Positions 37,381 to 48,393 of a stretch of DNA of 64,000 bases are shown here, piece by piece (the first letter of the stretch is position 1; each line of letters begins with the position of its first letter). This DNA comes from Candidatus Bathyarchaeota archaeon (GTDB taxonomy: Archaea; Thermoproteota; Bathyarchaeia; Bathyarchaeales; Bathycorpusculaceae). A model generated the notes under the pieces. That model saw only the letters and a list, made by a program, of their open reading frames with translations, was not told the DNA's origin and made no database searches. The translations under genes were made by a program, and so were the position numbers. The DNA lies in assembly GCA_963811105.1 (NCBI GenBank), contig CAWEPZ010000009.1, positions 288,001 to 352,000 on the forward strand, in the 5' to 3' direction.

Positions 37381-39939
37381 ATGAATAAGATGAAAAATAC
37401 CTTAAATGAAAAAGCAATTATCGGAACAACTTTGATTCTATTGATGACTTTGGCTATATTAATGACTAATTCTCCTGTCAATGCTGAGCAGGCTGCACAG
37501 CAGCAAACCACTGGACCTTTGCCATCAGGAGTTACTCCTAATGCCACGGTTCCTACAAAGGCATTTCTCAGCTTTAGACCTAATCCAGTTGGAGCAGGTC
37601 AAACCATTTTGGTTAATCTGTGGACTACGCCTGCGCCGGGTGCAAATAGGCTACATAAGGATTATACAATTACAATTACAAATCCAAACGGAACAGCACG
37701 CATTATCAAAATGGATTCATACGTGGCAGACGGAACAGCATGGTTTGAATACTTACTTGATCAAGTTGGCACTTGGAAGCTAAAGTTTGATTTTCAAGGT
37801 ACCTATTATCCAGCAGGGCAATACAACAACGGCATAATTGTAACTTCAGGCGGTTCGGCTTATGATTCTGCATACTATCAACCAAGCTCTACTCCAGAAC
37901 AGACATTAACCGTTCAACAAGATATAGTGGCTTCTTGGCCGCCATCAGCTATTCCAACAGATTATTGGATAAGACCAGTATCACCTGATAACAGAGAATG
38001 GTGGATAATCGCAGGCAACTATCCGTGGAATGGCATGGGATTATCATATTTCGATCCTGAAGTTGCAAAGTGGCAAGAGCTATACCCAAATACTAACCCA
38101 TATTGGAGTGCCCAAGAAAGGTTTACTCCATGGGTACAAGCACCTGAGAGCGCACACATCGTATGGAGAGAGCAGGGTGTCGATGCAGGAGTTGTCGGGG
38201 GCGATGTTGGAACTGAAGTCATTGCACCTGGTGGCATTCAAGGTCTTCCTCAAGCAGGCAACCCAAACATAATCTACAATGGAAAAGCCTACCAAACATA
38301 TACCAAAGTGATGCCTCAAACAGTCAACGGCACTATACAAAGCATGCCCACAACAGTTTGGCGATGCTATGATATACGGACTGGTAAAGTATTCTGGGAA
38401 CAAACCGGTGTTACTGCACCCACAGTCCTTGAATATGAAATTCGGGCTGCAGCAGTTCCTGGCGCTGAGTTTGCAGGAGGAATGACAGTGAATCTCTTGG
38501 CTTTAAGCAGCAACAGGCTATTGAAGTATAATCCGCTAACTGGCGCTGCAATAGCGAACATTTCAATTCCAGTAACAGGCACTTACTACATGAATGGATA
38601 TGTTTTGGCAGTACAGGACCTTGGAAGTGCGGCTGGCGCAAACAGGTATCGTTTGATCAACTGGACTACAGCAGGGACGGACACTAACTTCACTACTAGA
38701 ATAGTGAGCAACACCACTTACGCACGCAGCAGCTTACCTACTCTAATCGATTGGGGCGCCGGTCTAGGTGCCACAGTATCAGGCGTAACTGTTGCAGGAG
38801 CATATGAAGGAACAACACTGCAAGGCATCAATCTATTAACTGGTGCATCGATGTGGAATGTAACAGTGCCTGAGACGCAATACAGTGGATCTTGCAACAT
38901 TGCTGACCATGGAAAAGTTGCCACGCTTACACAGCAAGGATATTACTTAGCGTATGACATCGCGACGGGAAAGCAAGCATGGAAGGGCGAACTTATGGAT
39001 TATCCATGGGATCAATCTGGTTTCGGAGCTTACTCAGTGCAATCAGCGTATGGCTTATTGTACCATGAAGGCTACTCAGGTGTCTACGCGTTTAATTGGG
39101 ATGATGGTAAAATTGCTTGGAAGTACGAAGCCCCCTCAGCATACCCATATGAAGCCCCATACACTGGCAAGAATGGTACTGGAGTTTATCCCTTCGATTC
39201 AGGCGCTATAGTTGCTGACGGAAAAGTTTACGTTGGAAATGAAGAGCACTCATCTACTCAACCTCTAACTAGGGGTTGGTCGTTCCACTGCATCAACGCT
39301 ACTACTGGGAAAGGCATTTGGAAAGTGGCAATAGCTGGGATTCCAGGCCCAGTCGCTGATGGATATTTGACAATGTCAAGCATTTACGATGGCTACCAAT
39401 ACATTTTTGGCAAAGGACAAAGCACTACAACAATTTCGGCACCACAGACTGCCATTACCCAGGGACAAAGTGTCGTCTTAACTGGCACTGTCCTGGATCA
39501 GTCACCCGCTCAGCCGGGAACGCCCTGTATTTCCCCCGAGAGCATGGGTGACTGGATGACTCACCTGTACATGCAGACGCCAGTTCCAGCGAATATTACT
39601 GGTGTTCCAGTGTCGTTGGATACCGTTGATCCTAATGGAAACAGCCAACACATTACAACCGTGACAAGCGATATGAGCGGAGTTTTTAGCTACATGTGGA
39701 CACCCGATGTCACAGGCAAATACGTTGTTACAGCAACTTTCCTCGGAGACGCTTCCTATGGTAGTTCATGGGCAGAAACCGCAGTAGGAGTAACAACACC
39801 ATCAGCAACATCCACACCAGCACCAACACAACAAGCAGCAGCCTTGCCTCCATTTGAATTATACTTTGCAGCAACAGCTGTAGCAATAATCATCGCAATA
39901 GCCGTAGCAACAATCCTTTTACTTAGAAAGAAACAATAA
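37381..39939 (+). CDS. PQQ-like beta-propeller surface protein with C-terminal Ig-like domain and TM anchor
   Basis: Signal peptide; repeated A..A.TG...W blades; GTVLDQSP...DPNGN...ATF.G..SYGSS; Thr-rich linker; TM followed by RKK. Confidence 0.88.
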   Translation: MNKMKNTLNEKAIIGTTLILLMTLAILMTNSPVNAEQAAQQQTTGPLPSGVTPNATVPTKAFLSFRPNPVGAGQTILVNLWTTPAPGANRLHKDYTITITNPNGTARIIKMDSYVADGTAWFEYLLDQVGTWKLKFDFQGTYYPAGQYNNGIIVTSGGSAYDSAYYQPSSTPEQTLTVQQDIVASWPPSAIPTDYWIRPVSPDNREWWIIAGNYPWNGMGLSYFDPEVAKWQELYPNTNPYWSAQERFTPWVQAPESAHIVWREQGVDAGVVGGDVGTEVIAPGGIQGLPQAGNPNIIYNGKAYQTYTKVMPQTVNGTIQSMPTTVWRCYDIRTGKVFWEQTGVTAPTVLEYEIRAAAVPGAEFAGGMTVNLLALSSNRLLKYNPLTGAAIANISIPVTGTYYMNGYVLAVQDLGSAAGANRYRLINWTTAGTDTNFTTRIVSNTTYARSSLPTLIDWGAGLGATVSGVTVAGAYEGTTLQGINLLTGASMWNVTVPETQYSGSCNIADHGKVATLTQQGYYLAYDIATGKQAWKGELMDYPWDQSGFGAYSVQSAYGLLYHEGYSGVYAFNWDDGKIAWKYEAPSAYPYEAPYTGKNGTGVYPFDSGAIVADGKVYVGNEEHSSTQPLTRGWSFHCINATTGKGIWKVAIAGIPGPVADGYLTMSSIYDGYQYIFGKGQSTTTISAPQTAITQGQSVVLTGTVLDQSPAQPGTPCISPESMGDWMTHLYMQTPVPANITGVPVSLDTVDPNGNSQHITTVTSDMSGVFSYMWTPDVTGKYVVTATFLGDASYGSSWAETAVGVTTPSATSTPAPTQQAAALPPFELYFAATAVAIIIAIAVATILLLRKKQ

Positions 39940-40204
39940 TCCGCGCAAATTCAACTATCTTTTTTTTATTTTCTTTTTATCTGAGGTGTGGGAGAAGCGG
40001 TTGTGGTCTTATACTCCGTTGTCGATATCGACATTAAATTTTTCGCGTTTTTGCGCTCCTCTTTTCTTCTTTGTTCTAAAAACTAAAGGTTCTATACAAT
40101 TTCAAAACCTTAGCGATAAATTTTGATACTAAGATTTTTATTTTCAATTAATCGTTTTTTTTAGACTAAAAAAGGGAAAGTTGATTTTGGGTTGCCGATG
40201 TTTT

Positions 40205-42835
40205 TTACTGGCGTTTTCTGAGGAGTAAGACTGTGGCTATTGCTATTGCTATAATTATAGCGATTCCAACAACAGCTATGTAAGTCATTAGGTCTGCGGT
40301 GGTTGCAAGGTTTAGTGGTGCAGCGGTTGATGTTGGTGTTGATGCTGTGGTTGGTGCTTGGCTTACTGTAGCATATGTGTCTGCCGATGAATAGCTATAC
40401 GAGTCGTCGCCTGCAAAAGTCGCGGTTATCTTGTACAGGCCTGAAATCGTTGGGTTCCAAGAGTAGCCAAAGGAGCCGAGTGCGTCGGTTGTTACATCTG
40501 CGATATGTGCATAGTTTCCGTTAGGGTCAACTGCGTCAATTGATACTGGGACACCGGTAACGCTCGCAGGATATGGTGCTTGCTGATGTAGGTATGCCAT
40601 ATAGTCGCCCATGGAAGCGTGAGAAACGCATGGCGTTCCCGGCTGAGCGGGTGACTGATCTAGGACAGTACCAGATATAGTAACTTTTGTGTCCACGGCG
40701 ATTGCGTTTTGTGGAGCAGAAACAGTGGTTCCGCTTAGTCCCATGCCGAAAACGTAAAGGTATCCGTCGTAGTAGTTGGTGGCTGTCATGTAGCCGTCAG
40801 CGATAACACCTGGAGCCATGGGTCCCAATGTTTTCCAAACCAGAGCACCTGTAGTACCATTGATGCCGTATACGCTCCAGCCTCTAGAAAGCGGATCTTT
40901 GGGCGAGTGCGGAATACTGTACGCATAGACCATGCCGCTACCAATAGGAATTGCAACACCCATAGAGTAGTCATTGTTGTTGAGTCCAGTACCGTTAGTA
41001 AAGTTAGTTTCGAACGGTAAGGATGGGTCTTGGAATTGCCAGGCTATTTGCCCATTAGTCCAATTATAGGCGACAACACCGTCATATTGTGCGTACAAGA
41101 TAAGACCAAAAGCTGATGCATCTCTGTAACTTCCGAATATGCCCCATGGATAACTTGAGAGTTCACTCTTCCATGCAAATGCTCCTGTGTGCAAATTCCA
41201 AGCGTACCAATATCCATCGTCAAAGCGTTCAGCGACTAATCCGTGGTCAGCAAGTCCAATTCCACTAAAGAAGGGATAGCTTATGCCTGATGATACGTTC
41301 CATAAGAGTTGTCCTGTTGTCAAGCTTGCAGCGATTAATTGGGTACTTACTGTTACTCCTGTGCCGGGTCCGTTTGTACTGGTAGTGGTAACCGAAATCA
41401 TTGATTCATAATCTGCGGTGCCTATTGAAGAGAATGGCCAAGTAATGTTGCTCTGTATGCAGGAGGCGAAGTTGGTGCTGCTAATACCTGCGAGTGTCCA
41501 ATTGATTAAATAGTATTTGGTGCCAATAGTTTGGACACTTAACACATATGGATCAGCGTAAAGAGTGCCTGATGTGACTGGGATTGTTGCATTGGCTGTC
41601 ACAGCGCCATTCGCAGGGCTATATTTCGTGACTAATCCTAAGCTTGAATTGGCGCTTGCACCAATGTATACAAGACTTGGTACTGTTCGGTCTGCCCGAG
41701 TTATTCCTCCTGGGACAGGGGGAGCATTTTCAGCGAATGAAATGAGTGTGGGTATTCGAGTGACGTTTGTAAGATCCCACAATACTATGCCTGTTCTTAT
41801 GTCATAGCATTCCCAAACTGGCTGAGTAATTCCATTGTATGGTTTTGTTATGGATTGGTAGCATTTTCCTTGAAAGACTATGTTTGGGTTTCCTGCGCCA
41901 CCTGGTCCAGATGCGCCCCAAGTAGCAGATCCTCCGTTGAAATCGTTTATAGCTGAGAGACTCGTGGTGGACGATTGGTCAATTAGTCCGCCGAAGATTC
42001 CGTCAACAGCGCCATTTGTCATTCTCCAAACTATATGTGCACTGGTTGGTCCAGTTACGTATGGTACGAAGTTGTAATTGCTTGCGTATACGTTTGTGTT
42101 GTCTGGCCAGCCTGGGGTTCCTGTTCCGCCTCCGACCTCATTATTCGGGTCGCTTCCACCGATTACCCACCATTCTCTGTTATCAGGTGAAATTGGTCGT
42201 GACCAATATTGTCCGGCTCCCGGAAGTGGAGATGGTTGCCAACTTGCCACTGGATCTTGCTGTACTACCACTGTGTATTTCGCTGTCGTTGAAGGTTTAT
42301 AGTAGCAATCTTGTATTGCGTTAAATACGCTGCCTCCTGGATTTGTCTTGGATACGAGCCCTCCTAGATAGTATCCTGCTGGGTAGTAGTCTCCTGCATA
42401 GCTGAACTGCAGAGTATAATTGCCAACTAAATCGGGTAAGTATGTAAACCATGCTGTTGTATCTCCTAGATAGGAATCCATCGGACCGACTGTTTCTGTA
42501 GTTCCGTCTGGCTTTCCGATTGTTACTGTGTATCCTGTGCGCGCACGTTGCACTACAACTGCAGGTTGGGTCCACATGTTTACTGTCAGAATTTGACCAA
42601 CTCCAATGGGGTTAGGTTCAAAGCTAATGTAAGGAATTGTATCGATTGTCTGTGTTGGAGTGACACCGGATGGAACCGGCCCACCCGTATAAGCTGCGTT
42701 ATTTGGTGCTCCAATAGTTACTCCTGTTTGAGCTTTTACTGGCATTATTGTTATTGCACATGCTGAAGCAGAAATTATCATTATGGCAATAATGACTAAA
42801 GCAAAAGATTTCGTTTTTATTGTCAGATTCGTCAT
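40205..42835 (-). CDS. PQQ-like beta-propeller surface protein (paralog)
   Basis: Same architecture and shared motifs (RPISPDNREWW, SAHIVW, PAQPGTPC). Confidence 0.88.
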   Translation of the reverse strand: MTNLTIKTKSFALVIIAIMIISASACAITIMPVKAQTGVTIGAPNNAAYTGGPVPSGVTPTQTIDTIPYISFEPNPIGVGQILTVNMWTQPAVVVQRARTGYTVTIGKPDGTTETVGPMDSYLGDTTAWFTYLPDLVGNYTLQFSYAGDYYPAGYYLGGLVSKTNPGGSVFNAIQDCYYKPSTTAKYTVVVQQDPVASWQPSPLPGAGQYWSRPISPDNREWWVIGGSDPNNEVGGGTGTPGWPDNTNVYASNYNFVPYVTGPTSAHIVWRMTNGAVDGIFGGLIDQSSTTSLSAINDFNGGSATWGASGPGGAGNPNIVFQGKCYQSITKPYNGITQPVWECYDIRTGIVLWDLTNVTRIPTLISFAENAPPVPGGITRADRTVPSLVYIGASANSSLGLVTKYSPANGAVTANATIPVTSGTLYADPYVLSVQTIGTKYYLINWTLAGISSTNFASCIQSNITWPFSSIGTADYESMISVTTTSTNGPGTGVTVSTQLIAASLTTGQLLWNVSSGISYPFFSGIGLADHGLVAERFDDGYWYAWNLHTGAFAWKSELSSYPWGIFGSYRDASAFGLILYAQYDGVVAYNWTNGQIAWQFQDPSLPFETNFTNGTGLNNNDYSMGVAIPIGSGMVYAYSIPHSPKDPLSRGWSVYGINGTTGALVWKTLGPMAPGVIADGYMTATNYYDGYLYVFGMGLSGTTVSAPQNAIAVDTKVTISGTVLDQSPAQPGTPCVSHASMGDYMAYLHQQAPYPASVTGVPVSIDAVDPNGNYAHIADVTTDALGSFGYSWNPTISGLYKITATFAGDDSYSYSSADTYATVSQAPTTASTPTSTAAPLNLATTADLMTYIAVVGIAIIIAIAIATVLLLRKRQ

Positions 42836-43462
42836 ATTTCTTTTTTCTTCCTTAATTTTTAGAATTGACTTTAGGCTATAAAGCGTCTGTGCTTATAAAA
42901 TTTGGTTAAGAGCCAGATCTAAAGATAATGCGTAATTAAGAATTAGACTTACTATTGCTTTCACGAAATTTCCGGTTTCTAATTTTGAAAAGTCTCTCCT
43001 AAAAACCGGATGATAACAGACTATTCAGAATCTTTGATTTTAGACCAAGCTAAAGGAATGTGTAGACACTGAAACATGAAATGCTTACGGATTTTAAGTA
43101 ACAAACAAAAATTAAAGCAAGCGGCTTTTTTTAATGATTTATGGGGTCTATAGATTGTGAGAGCTTTGGAATGGGCGAAAGGGAAGAGACACCCTCACAA
43201 CTATAACCCATTTGTTAATCTACCAAGTTAGCATAAAAGCCTGCTTAACAAAAGAAATTAACAGATTTTGTCAACTGAACTTCGCAATCTTGCGAAACCT
43301 TCTAAACAAAACGTGTGAATTTCGCTCTGTAAAAAATGTTATCTTGGATAATGAATCTAATCTTAACACAGAATACTTCAGAGGGCGACAATAATAGAGA
43401 CTAAAGAACAAGACAAAATACAATTAAAAAATACAGAAATTCACACAAAAACACCTAATAGA

Positions 43463-43645
43463 ATGCCTATTTTCAATTGTTCATGTGGATCCCGTATTCC
43501 AATTGTTCCAGATTTACATGAAATGACTAAAGCTATACAAAATCACATAATTGAACATAAAGAGTTAAGTGGACAGTGCATAACTGAGGAAACGCTCACA
43601 CAGGAAATACTAATAGCAATCATAAAATTCATAAATAGAAAGTAA
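43463..43645 (+). CDS. Small C2H2-like zinc-binding protein
   Basis: CSCG...VPDL..M..AI.NH...H. Confidence 0.7.
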   Translation: MPIFNCSCGSRIPIVPDLHEMTKAIQNHIIEHKELSGQCITEETLTQEILIAIIKFINRK

Positions 43646-44106
43646 CCAAAATTTAATTAATATAGGGATCAAAGAGAGATTTAGAACTTTGAAATGATGT
43701 ACAACAAATGACTCGATTTCTTAGACAGCGACACCTGCAAAATCAAGAATCATAAGGATAACACCAATCACAATTAGAACTAAACCAACACTTCGACTCA
43801 ATATTACATGTTGATAACCAATTTTTTCGGTTTGACCATTTTTGCTTTTTGACCTTTGTCTTCAGAGTTTGAAGCTCACATAAAAGCAAAGCGGCAACCC
43901 ACGTATAACTAATAATAGCCAAACACAAAAAGAAATATTTCCATAATTTCTTACTAGCTGACTTACAAATAAAAAAGTTGCCCAAACGACCCAAAACTAA
44001 ATTTCTAAACGCATCAAAGAGACATTTAAAACACTTTGAAATGATTTAATCTCCCGTTAAAACGCTCATTCTTGTTGTGAAATATTGTATTATTGAGGAA
44101 CAATAA

Positions 44107-44352
44107 TCATGCGCTTTTTCGAAAAACAATAACTCGTTCTTTGAGTTTAACCTTACATGCATACCTAGAAGATAATCCTAATAGACTCTGGACACGCTTT
44201 TTATTTCTTGAGCTCGCCCAAAAAGCCCTATAATTTATCGCTGTTTTTGGCAATCTCAAACCTAATATGTCTTTAAGCTCTTGATAGGTTAAAGTGATAG
44301 TCTCCACGCCTGAATTGCTAATGTGTTCTAGAAGAGGCTGATTTTTGTTCAT
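44107..44352 (-). CDS. Small basic hypothetical protein (putative DNA binding)
   Basis: ITLTYQEL.DILG..LP.TA..YRAFW...VIVFRK pattern. Confidence 0.65.
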   Translation of the reverse strand: MNKNQPLLEHISNSGVETITLTYQELKDILGLRLPKTAINYRAFWASSRNKKRVQSLLGLSSRYACKVKLKERVIVFRKSA

Positions 44353-44798
44353 CTTTTAACCTTTACATTTGTCATTTTCATTACTTGAGAATAATAAGAC
44401 TTATGAATTTTGGATTCACAAGTAACTGATTAACACGCGTTTCTTAGCGAAAATGCTTCATTAATATTTTAACTTCTGTACGTTCAAAAACGAATCTTGA
44501 ATGCACCGTTGACCAAATAGTAAGGAAAAGGTATAGGCAACATAAGAATAAACTCGGAAACCCAGAGGCAGCCTAAATAGAAAATGCGCAACCGTTTTCA
44601 TGCAACATGTTCCGGCTAAATGTCATCTGTCCATTAAAAGAACCGCCGCCAATGGTACATAACTCAAGCTTAGTCGTTTTATGTAAAAGATTGACGTTTC
44701 TACTGAGCATTCTATTGATCCAATTATCGTTGCAGCCTAGTCAGCAATTGAACAAGCCTAACTTTTTTCTTTTTGTTCACAACAATCAGCTATATTTC

Positions 44799-45206
44799 TC
44801 AATAGACTGTCAAAGGCGGGTTTTCCCTTTGAGGCGTTGATCTAGCCGAGATTACCGGGGCTACTTGTGTTAGTATTTTGCTGTCGGTTACCATATTTTT
44901 GCAGATGAGGTTGAGTGAGTTTTCGGTAAAGCTCAAAACATTTTTCCCTTCGTTGGTGAGCGTGTACACTTTTCGCGGCCTTTCCGAATCCATGTTCCAA
45001 ATGCTTTTTACGTAGCCTTTTTTCTCCAGTAGCCCCAGTAGTGGGTAGACGGTGCTGGGTCCGAAGTAGACGCCGAAGCCTTTGCGGATTTTGGTGATTA
45101 CTTGGTATCCGTGCATAGGTTGTTGTTCTAAGTATTGAAGAATAATCATGTCTAAGAGGCCTTTAGTAAGTTTTGTTTGGACTTCCTTTTGGTAGTTATT
45201 TTTCAT
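44799..45206 (-). CDS. PadR family transcription regulator
   Basis: MHGYQ.I, GPSTVYPLL..LE..G and RK.Y.LT..G motifs. Confidence 0.93.
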   Translation of the reverse strand: MKNNYQKEVQTKLTKGLLDMIILQYLEQQPMHGYQVITKIRKGFGVYFGPSTVYPLLGLLEKKGYVKSIWNMDSERPRKVYTLTNEGKNVLSFTENSLNLICKNMVTDSKILTQVAPVISARSTPQRENPPLTVY

Positions 45207-45514
45207 TTTCTATTTTTTCTCCTGTTGTTGTGTTGTACAAATGTACAATATGTCTGTTTAAGACACATTTCTTATGTCTTCATAGTACAAAAACAGCCAC
45301 ATAAACCCTCGCACATAACGCAAGCATATCAAAATGACCAAGAGACCCTAATTGTCGAACACAAATACATGTCAATACATAAAATATGTCTTAAAAATCA
45401 TTACATTTCGCTTAAAGGGAACTGTACAACAGGAAAACACAAAACCCGCAGACTATATCAAACCTTGGAAAATACTGAATCATTTTGCCAGGTGAACTTC
45501 TGCAGGAGACCCGA

Positions 45515-45742
45515 TCAGATCATATGACAAACGGAAGATATGGACTCTTGATTTTTCGAAGCCAATATCCACGTTAGAGTTGTTTCATTTTCTTCTTTAA
45601 TGGGAGTTCGGTTCATTCTCAAAACCGATAGCGTTAGTAATATGAAAACTGCAGCCATCATGGCGTTCGCAATGCTTCTTTCCAGGGAACTTTGAGCTTT
45701 GTAAAACCAATGTACAAAAAGAATTTCAGCCACCAAAAGCAT
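45515..45742 (-). CDS. Small membrane protein or fragment
   Basis: Two hydrophobic segments; 5' end abuts the truncated pseudogene. Confidence 0.35.
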   Translation of the reverse strand: MLLVAEILFVHWFYKAQSSLERSIANAMMAAVFILLTLSVLRMNRTPIKEENETTLTWILASKNQESISSVCHMI

Positions 45743-45773
45743 TACCGCAAACAGCGAGTATAGTCCAGATATT

Positions 45774-46621
45774 TTGGCTGGATTAATTTCTTTACCGTTC
45801 GAAACTCCTTATACTAACGGTACTGGAAATCTCAATGGCGAAACATACTCTTTCTTTGGCGGTGGAGTAATCGCTGACGGAATATATTACACATACAGTA
45901 TTGAACACTCGCCATCTGCACCGCTTACGAGAGGCTGGAGTACATATGCTCTCAACGCTACTACAGGTGCCTTAATTTGGTCCACGCTAGGTCCAATGTT
46001 GCCGGGTGTGATTTCTGACGGCTACCTGACTGCTGTCAATTTCTATGATGGAAACCAGGATGTTTTCGGGAAGGGTCAGAGCGCAACAACCATTTCAGCA
46101 ACGCAAACAGCGATAACTCAAGGACAAAGCATTGTTATCACTGGAACAGTAATGGATAAGTCTCCAGCTACCACGACATCGCTGAGATATGCCACAGGCG
46201 TAGCCGTTCCATGCGTTTCTGATGCTTCAATGGGCGATTGGATGGCATATTTATGCCAGCAAGCACAAATCCCCGCCACCGCTACAGGAGTTCCAGTTTC
46301 GATTGATGCGGTGGACCCTAACGGCAACAACGTGCACATTGCGACCGTTACCAGCGACACTAGCGGCACATTCAACTACATGTGGACTCCAGACATTGCA
46401 GGTAAATACACTGTTACAGCCACTTTTGCAGGCGACAATTCTTAGGCAGTTCATGGGCAGAAACAGCAGTAGGCGTAACTCAAGCACCCCAAACGTCACC
46501 AACACCAACAACAATTACTTCGATTCAGCAATCACCAACTGACATGTATCTCGCAGCTTCAACAATAGCCATAATCATCGCAATAGCCATAGTCGGATTG
46601 CTCATACTGAGAAAAAGATAA
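45774..46621 (+). pseudogene. 5'-truncated, frameshifted 3' third of a PQQ-like propeller surface gene
   Basis: Homology begins abruptly at PFETPY; 1-nt deletion at ~46444 (TCT TAG GCA GTT instead of SYGSSW); the shifted frame continues to a TM helix and RKR* at 46621. Confidence 0.85.
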
Positions 46622-47056
46622 TGAACTGAAAAAAGTCAAACAATTTTCCCCTTTTTCTTGATTGTCTTTAAATTAGTAAGTATCACAACACAGTTTAGCC
46701 CTCTGCTGTTTTTCCCAAACCAAGACGGTGTAGTTTTTTCTTGAAGTAAGGACTTGTTGAGGACCTCCTAAACTTTAGGAGAATGCAAATATTTTTTGGC
46801 AAAAGCTACAAACTCTTGCTAGTAGTTTGAGAACCTTCTTAGCCCCTTACTCACCGCAATAGTCATCAACCATAATAGTCATAACACTGTTATTTTACAT
46901 AATAAAATCTTGTCTTTATAATTATGAGTTTATTAAAGTCCATAGATGGTGTAAACCCGTCTCGGCATTGCGGGCAAGTTGAGGCGACACAAGAATAAAC
47001 AATGAAAATTCAAAGTAGCCTTAGTCGAAAACGCTTAACCTTTTTTATTAAGTACA

Positions 47057-48085
47057 TAGATGTGTGCACAATTCGTTTTTTATAGCTTATATGCTACATG
47101 AATTATTGAGCAGGCACTGGGATTAATCAGGAAGTCCCCCAAGATTTCCGAAACTTGAACTGCACCATTAAAACTTAGCAAAGGCTAATCCCAGTACTTA
47201 CTCACTGTTCTCAGGCTTTCTTCTCCTTCATCTAACGCCTCAACAGCATTAGCGTCCAAACTAATGAGCCCCGCCATAACCATCGACGTTTTCTTCACCA
47301 GCCCCTTGGGCCAAAGCCAGCATTCATCAAGCACGTTACCCTTGATAAGCCCATTGAACTGCTCAACCACATAACGCTTAGTCTTCAAAAGCACATCTGC
47401 CTCAATCTTGCGACTCTTCCCTTTCTTGCGAGGGTTATCAGCAATTACTGGCACAGCGTTTATCGCCAAGACAGCCTTAAAGTTAACCTTAGAACAGTAA
47501 GCTCCATCAGCCAGTACGTAATCAGCCTCTAAGTCCTCAATCAGTCGTGGAAGAAAAGGTCCATCAAACCTGTTACCAGGCGTAACCAAGGCCCGAAGTG
47601 GCAAACCAAGCTGGTTCACGACTGCATGAAGCTTAAAGCCTCTGAACTTTCCCCTACTCGTATGACCCCACTTTGCTTCCATGTCGTAGAGATCTTCTAG
47701 CGGTGTCGAATCCACGACTGCGATTTTTGTTGGAATAGCTAGTTGAAGTATGTCTGCTATCTTTATGAAAGTCTCCTCCAAAAGGTGTAGGTAGCGTCTC
47801 CACCATCTGCCAACAGTGGTTCTGTCCGGTACTGCTTCTAACCCAAGCGTTTTAGCTATCCATTGGTTCTTCTTTAGGTGTTCAACTACTCGCGTATCGT
47901 TGTCTAGTCCTTTGAGTCTAGCGTAGACTAGAACTCTAAGTGCCTTGACTGTTCCGTAACCAGGGTTTCCTCTTCTTTTAAGCTCAGCTGGAACTATTGC
48001 TTTGTTGACTAAAAGCCTGACGACTTCACAGGCTTCCATAAAGACAAAAAGGTGCTAACTAGATTTAAAATTATGCACACCTCTA
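47057..48085 (-). mobile_element. Insertion sequence (~1.03 kb) with a DDE transposase
   Basis: 17-bp TIRs TAGATGTGTGCACAATT/TAGAGGTGTGCATAATT (15/17); flanking duplication AAGTACA at 47050-47056 and 48086-48092. Confidence 0.88.
47185..48039 (-). CDS. DDE transposase (DDE_Tnp_1-type)
   Basis: PD.TT, VDST, GFKLH, ADGAY and R..VE..N motifs. Confidence 0.92.
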   Translation of the reverse strand: MEACEVVRLLVNKAIVPAELKRRGNPGYGTVKALRVLVYARLKGLDNDTRVVEHLKKNQWIAKTLGLEAVPDRTTVGRWWRRYLHLLEETFIKIADILQLAIPTKIAVVDSTPLEDLYDMEAKWGHTSRGKFRGFKLHAVVNQLGLPLRALVTPGNRFDGPFLPRLIEDLEADYVLADGAYCSKVNFKAVLAINAVPVIADNPRKKGKSRKIEADVLLKTKRYVVEQFNGLIKGNVLDECWLWPKGLVKKTSMVMAGLISLDANAVEALDEGEESLRTVSKYWD

Positions 48086-48393
48086 AAGTACATTCTATCC
48101 TAGTTGAAAAGCCTAGGCGACATAACCTCTGTGAAGCATATGGCATCATTATTAGAGCCATAATAAATAGAAAGCATTGAAGGGAAAATAAGCAACAGGC
48201 GACAAGAAAGACGGTTCATGATCATTTGGTTCATTTGGGTTTATATGACGTTTTGGTTTTAAAATTATTGGTTGATTATTTGGATATGTCAAAATAAGGT
48301 TTATTTAGCGAAATCTTATAAGTCGATTTAGCAGAAACAACCAATTCACAAAAGCGAATAACTACTTTTGTTTGAATAGGAAGAAGAGAAGAA

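Noticed and set aside
40020-40033. 14-bp palindrome TGTCGATATCGACA
   Set aside because: A few palindromes of this length are expected by chance in 64 kb; no second copy was seen.
45231-45268. TGTACAA repeats and an ATATGTCT/AGACACAT inverted repeat upstream of the PadR gene
   Set aside because: Probably an ordinary autoregulatory operator; the spacing does not match the element palindromes.
46690-46880. Minus-strand frame interrupted by two TAG codons
   Set aside because: Short, with no recognisable homology; cannot be distinguished from noise.
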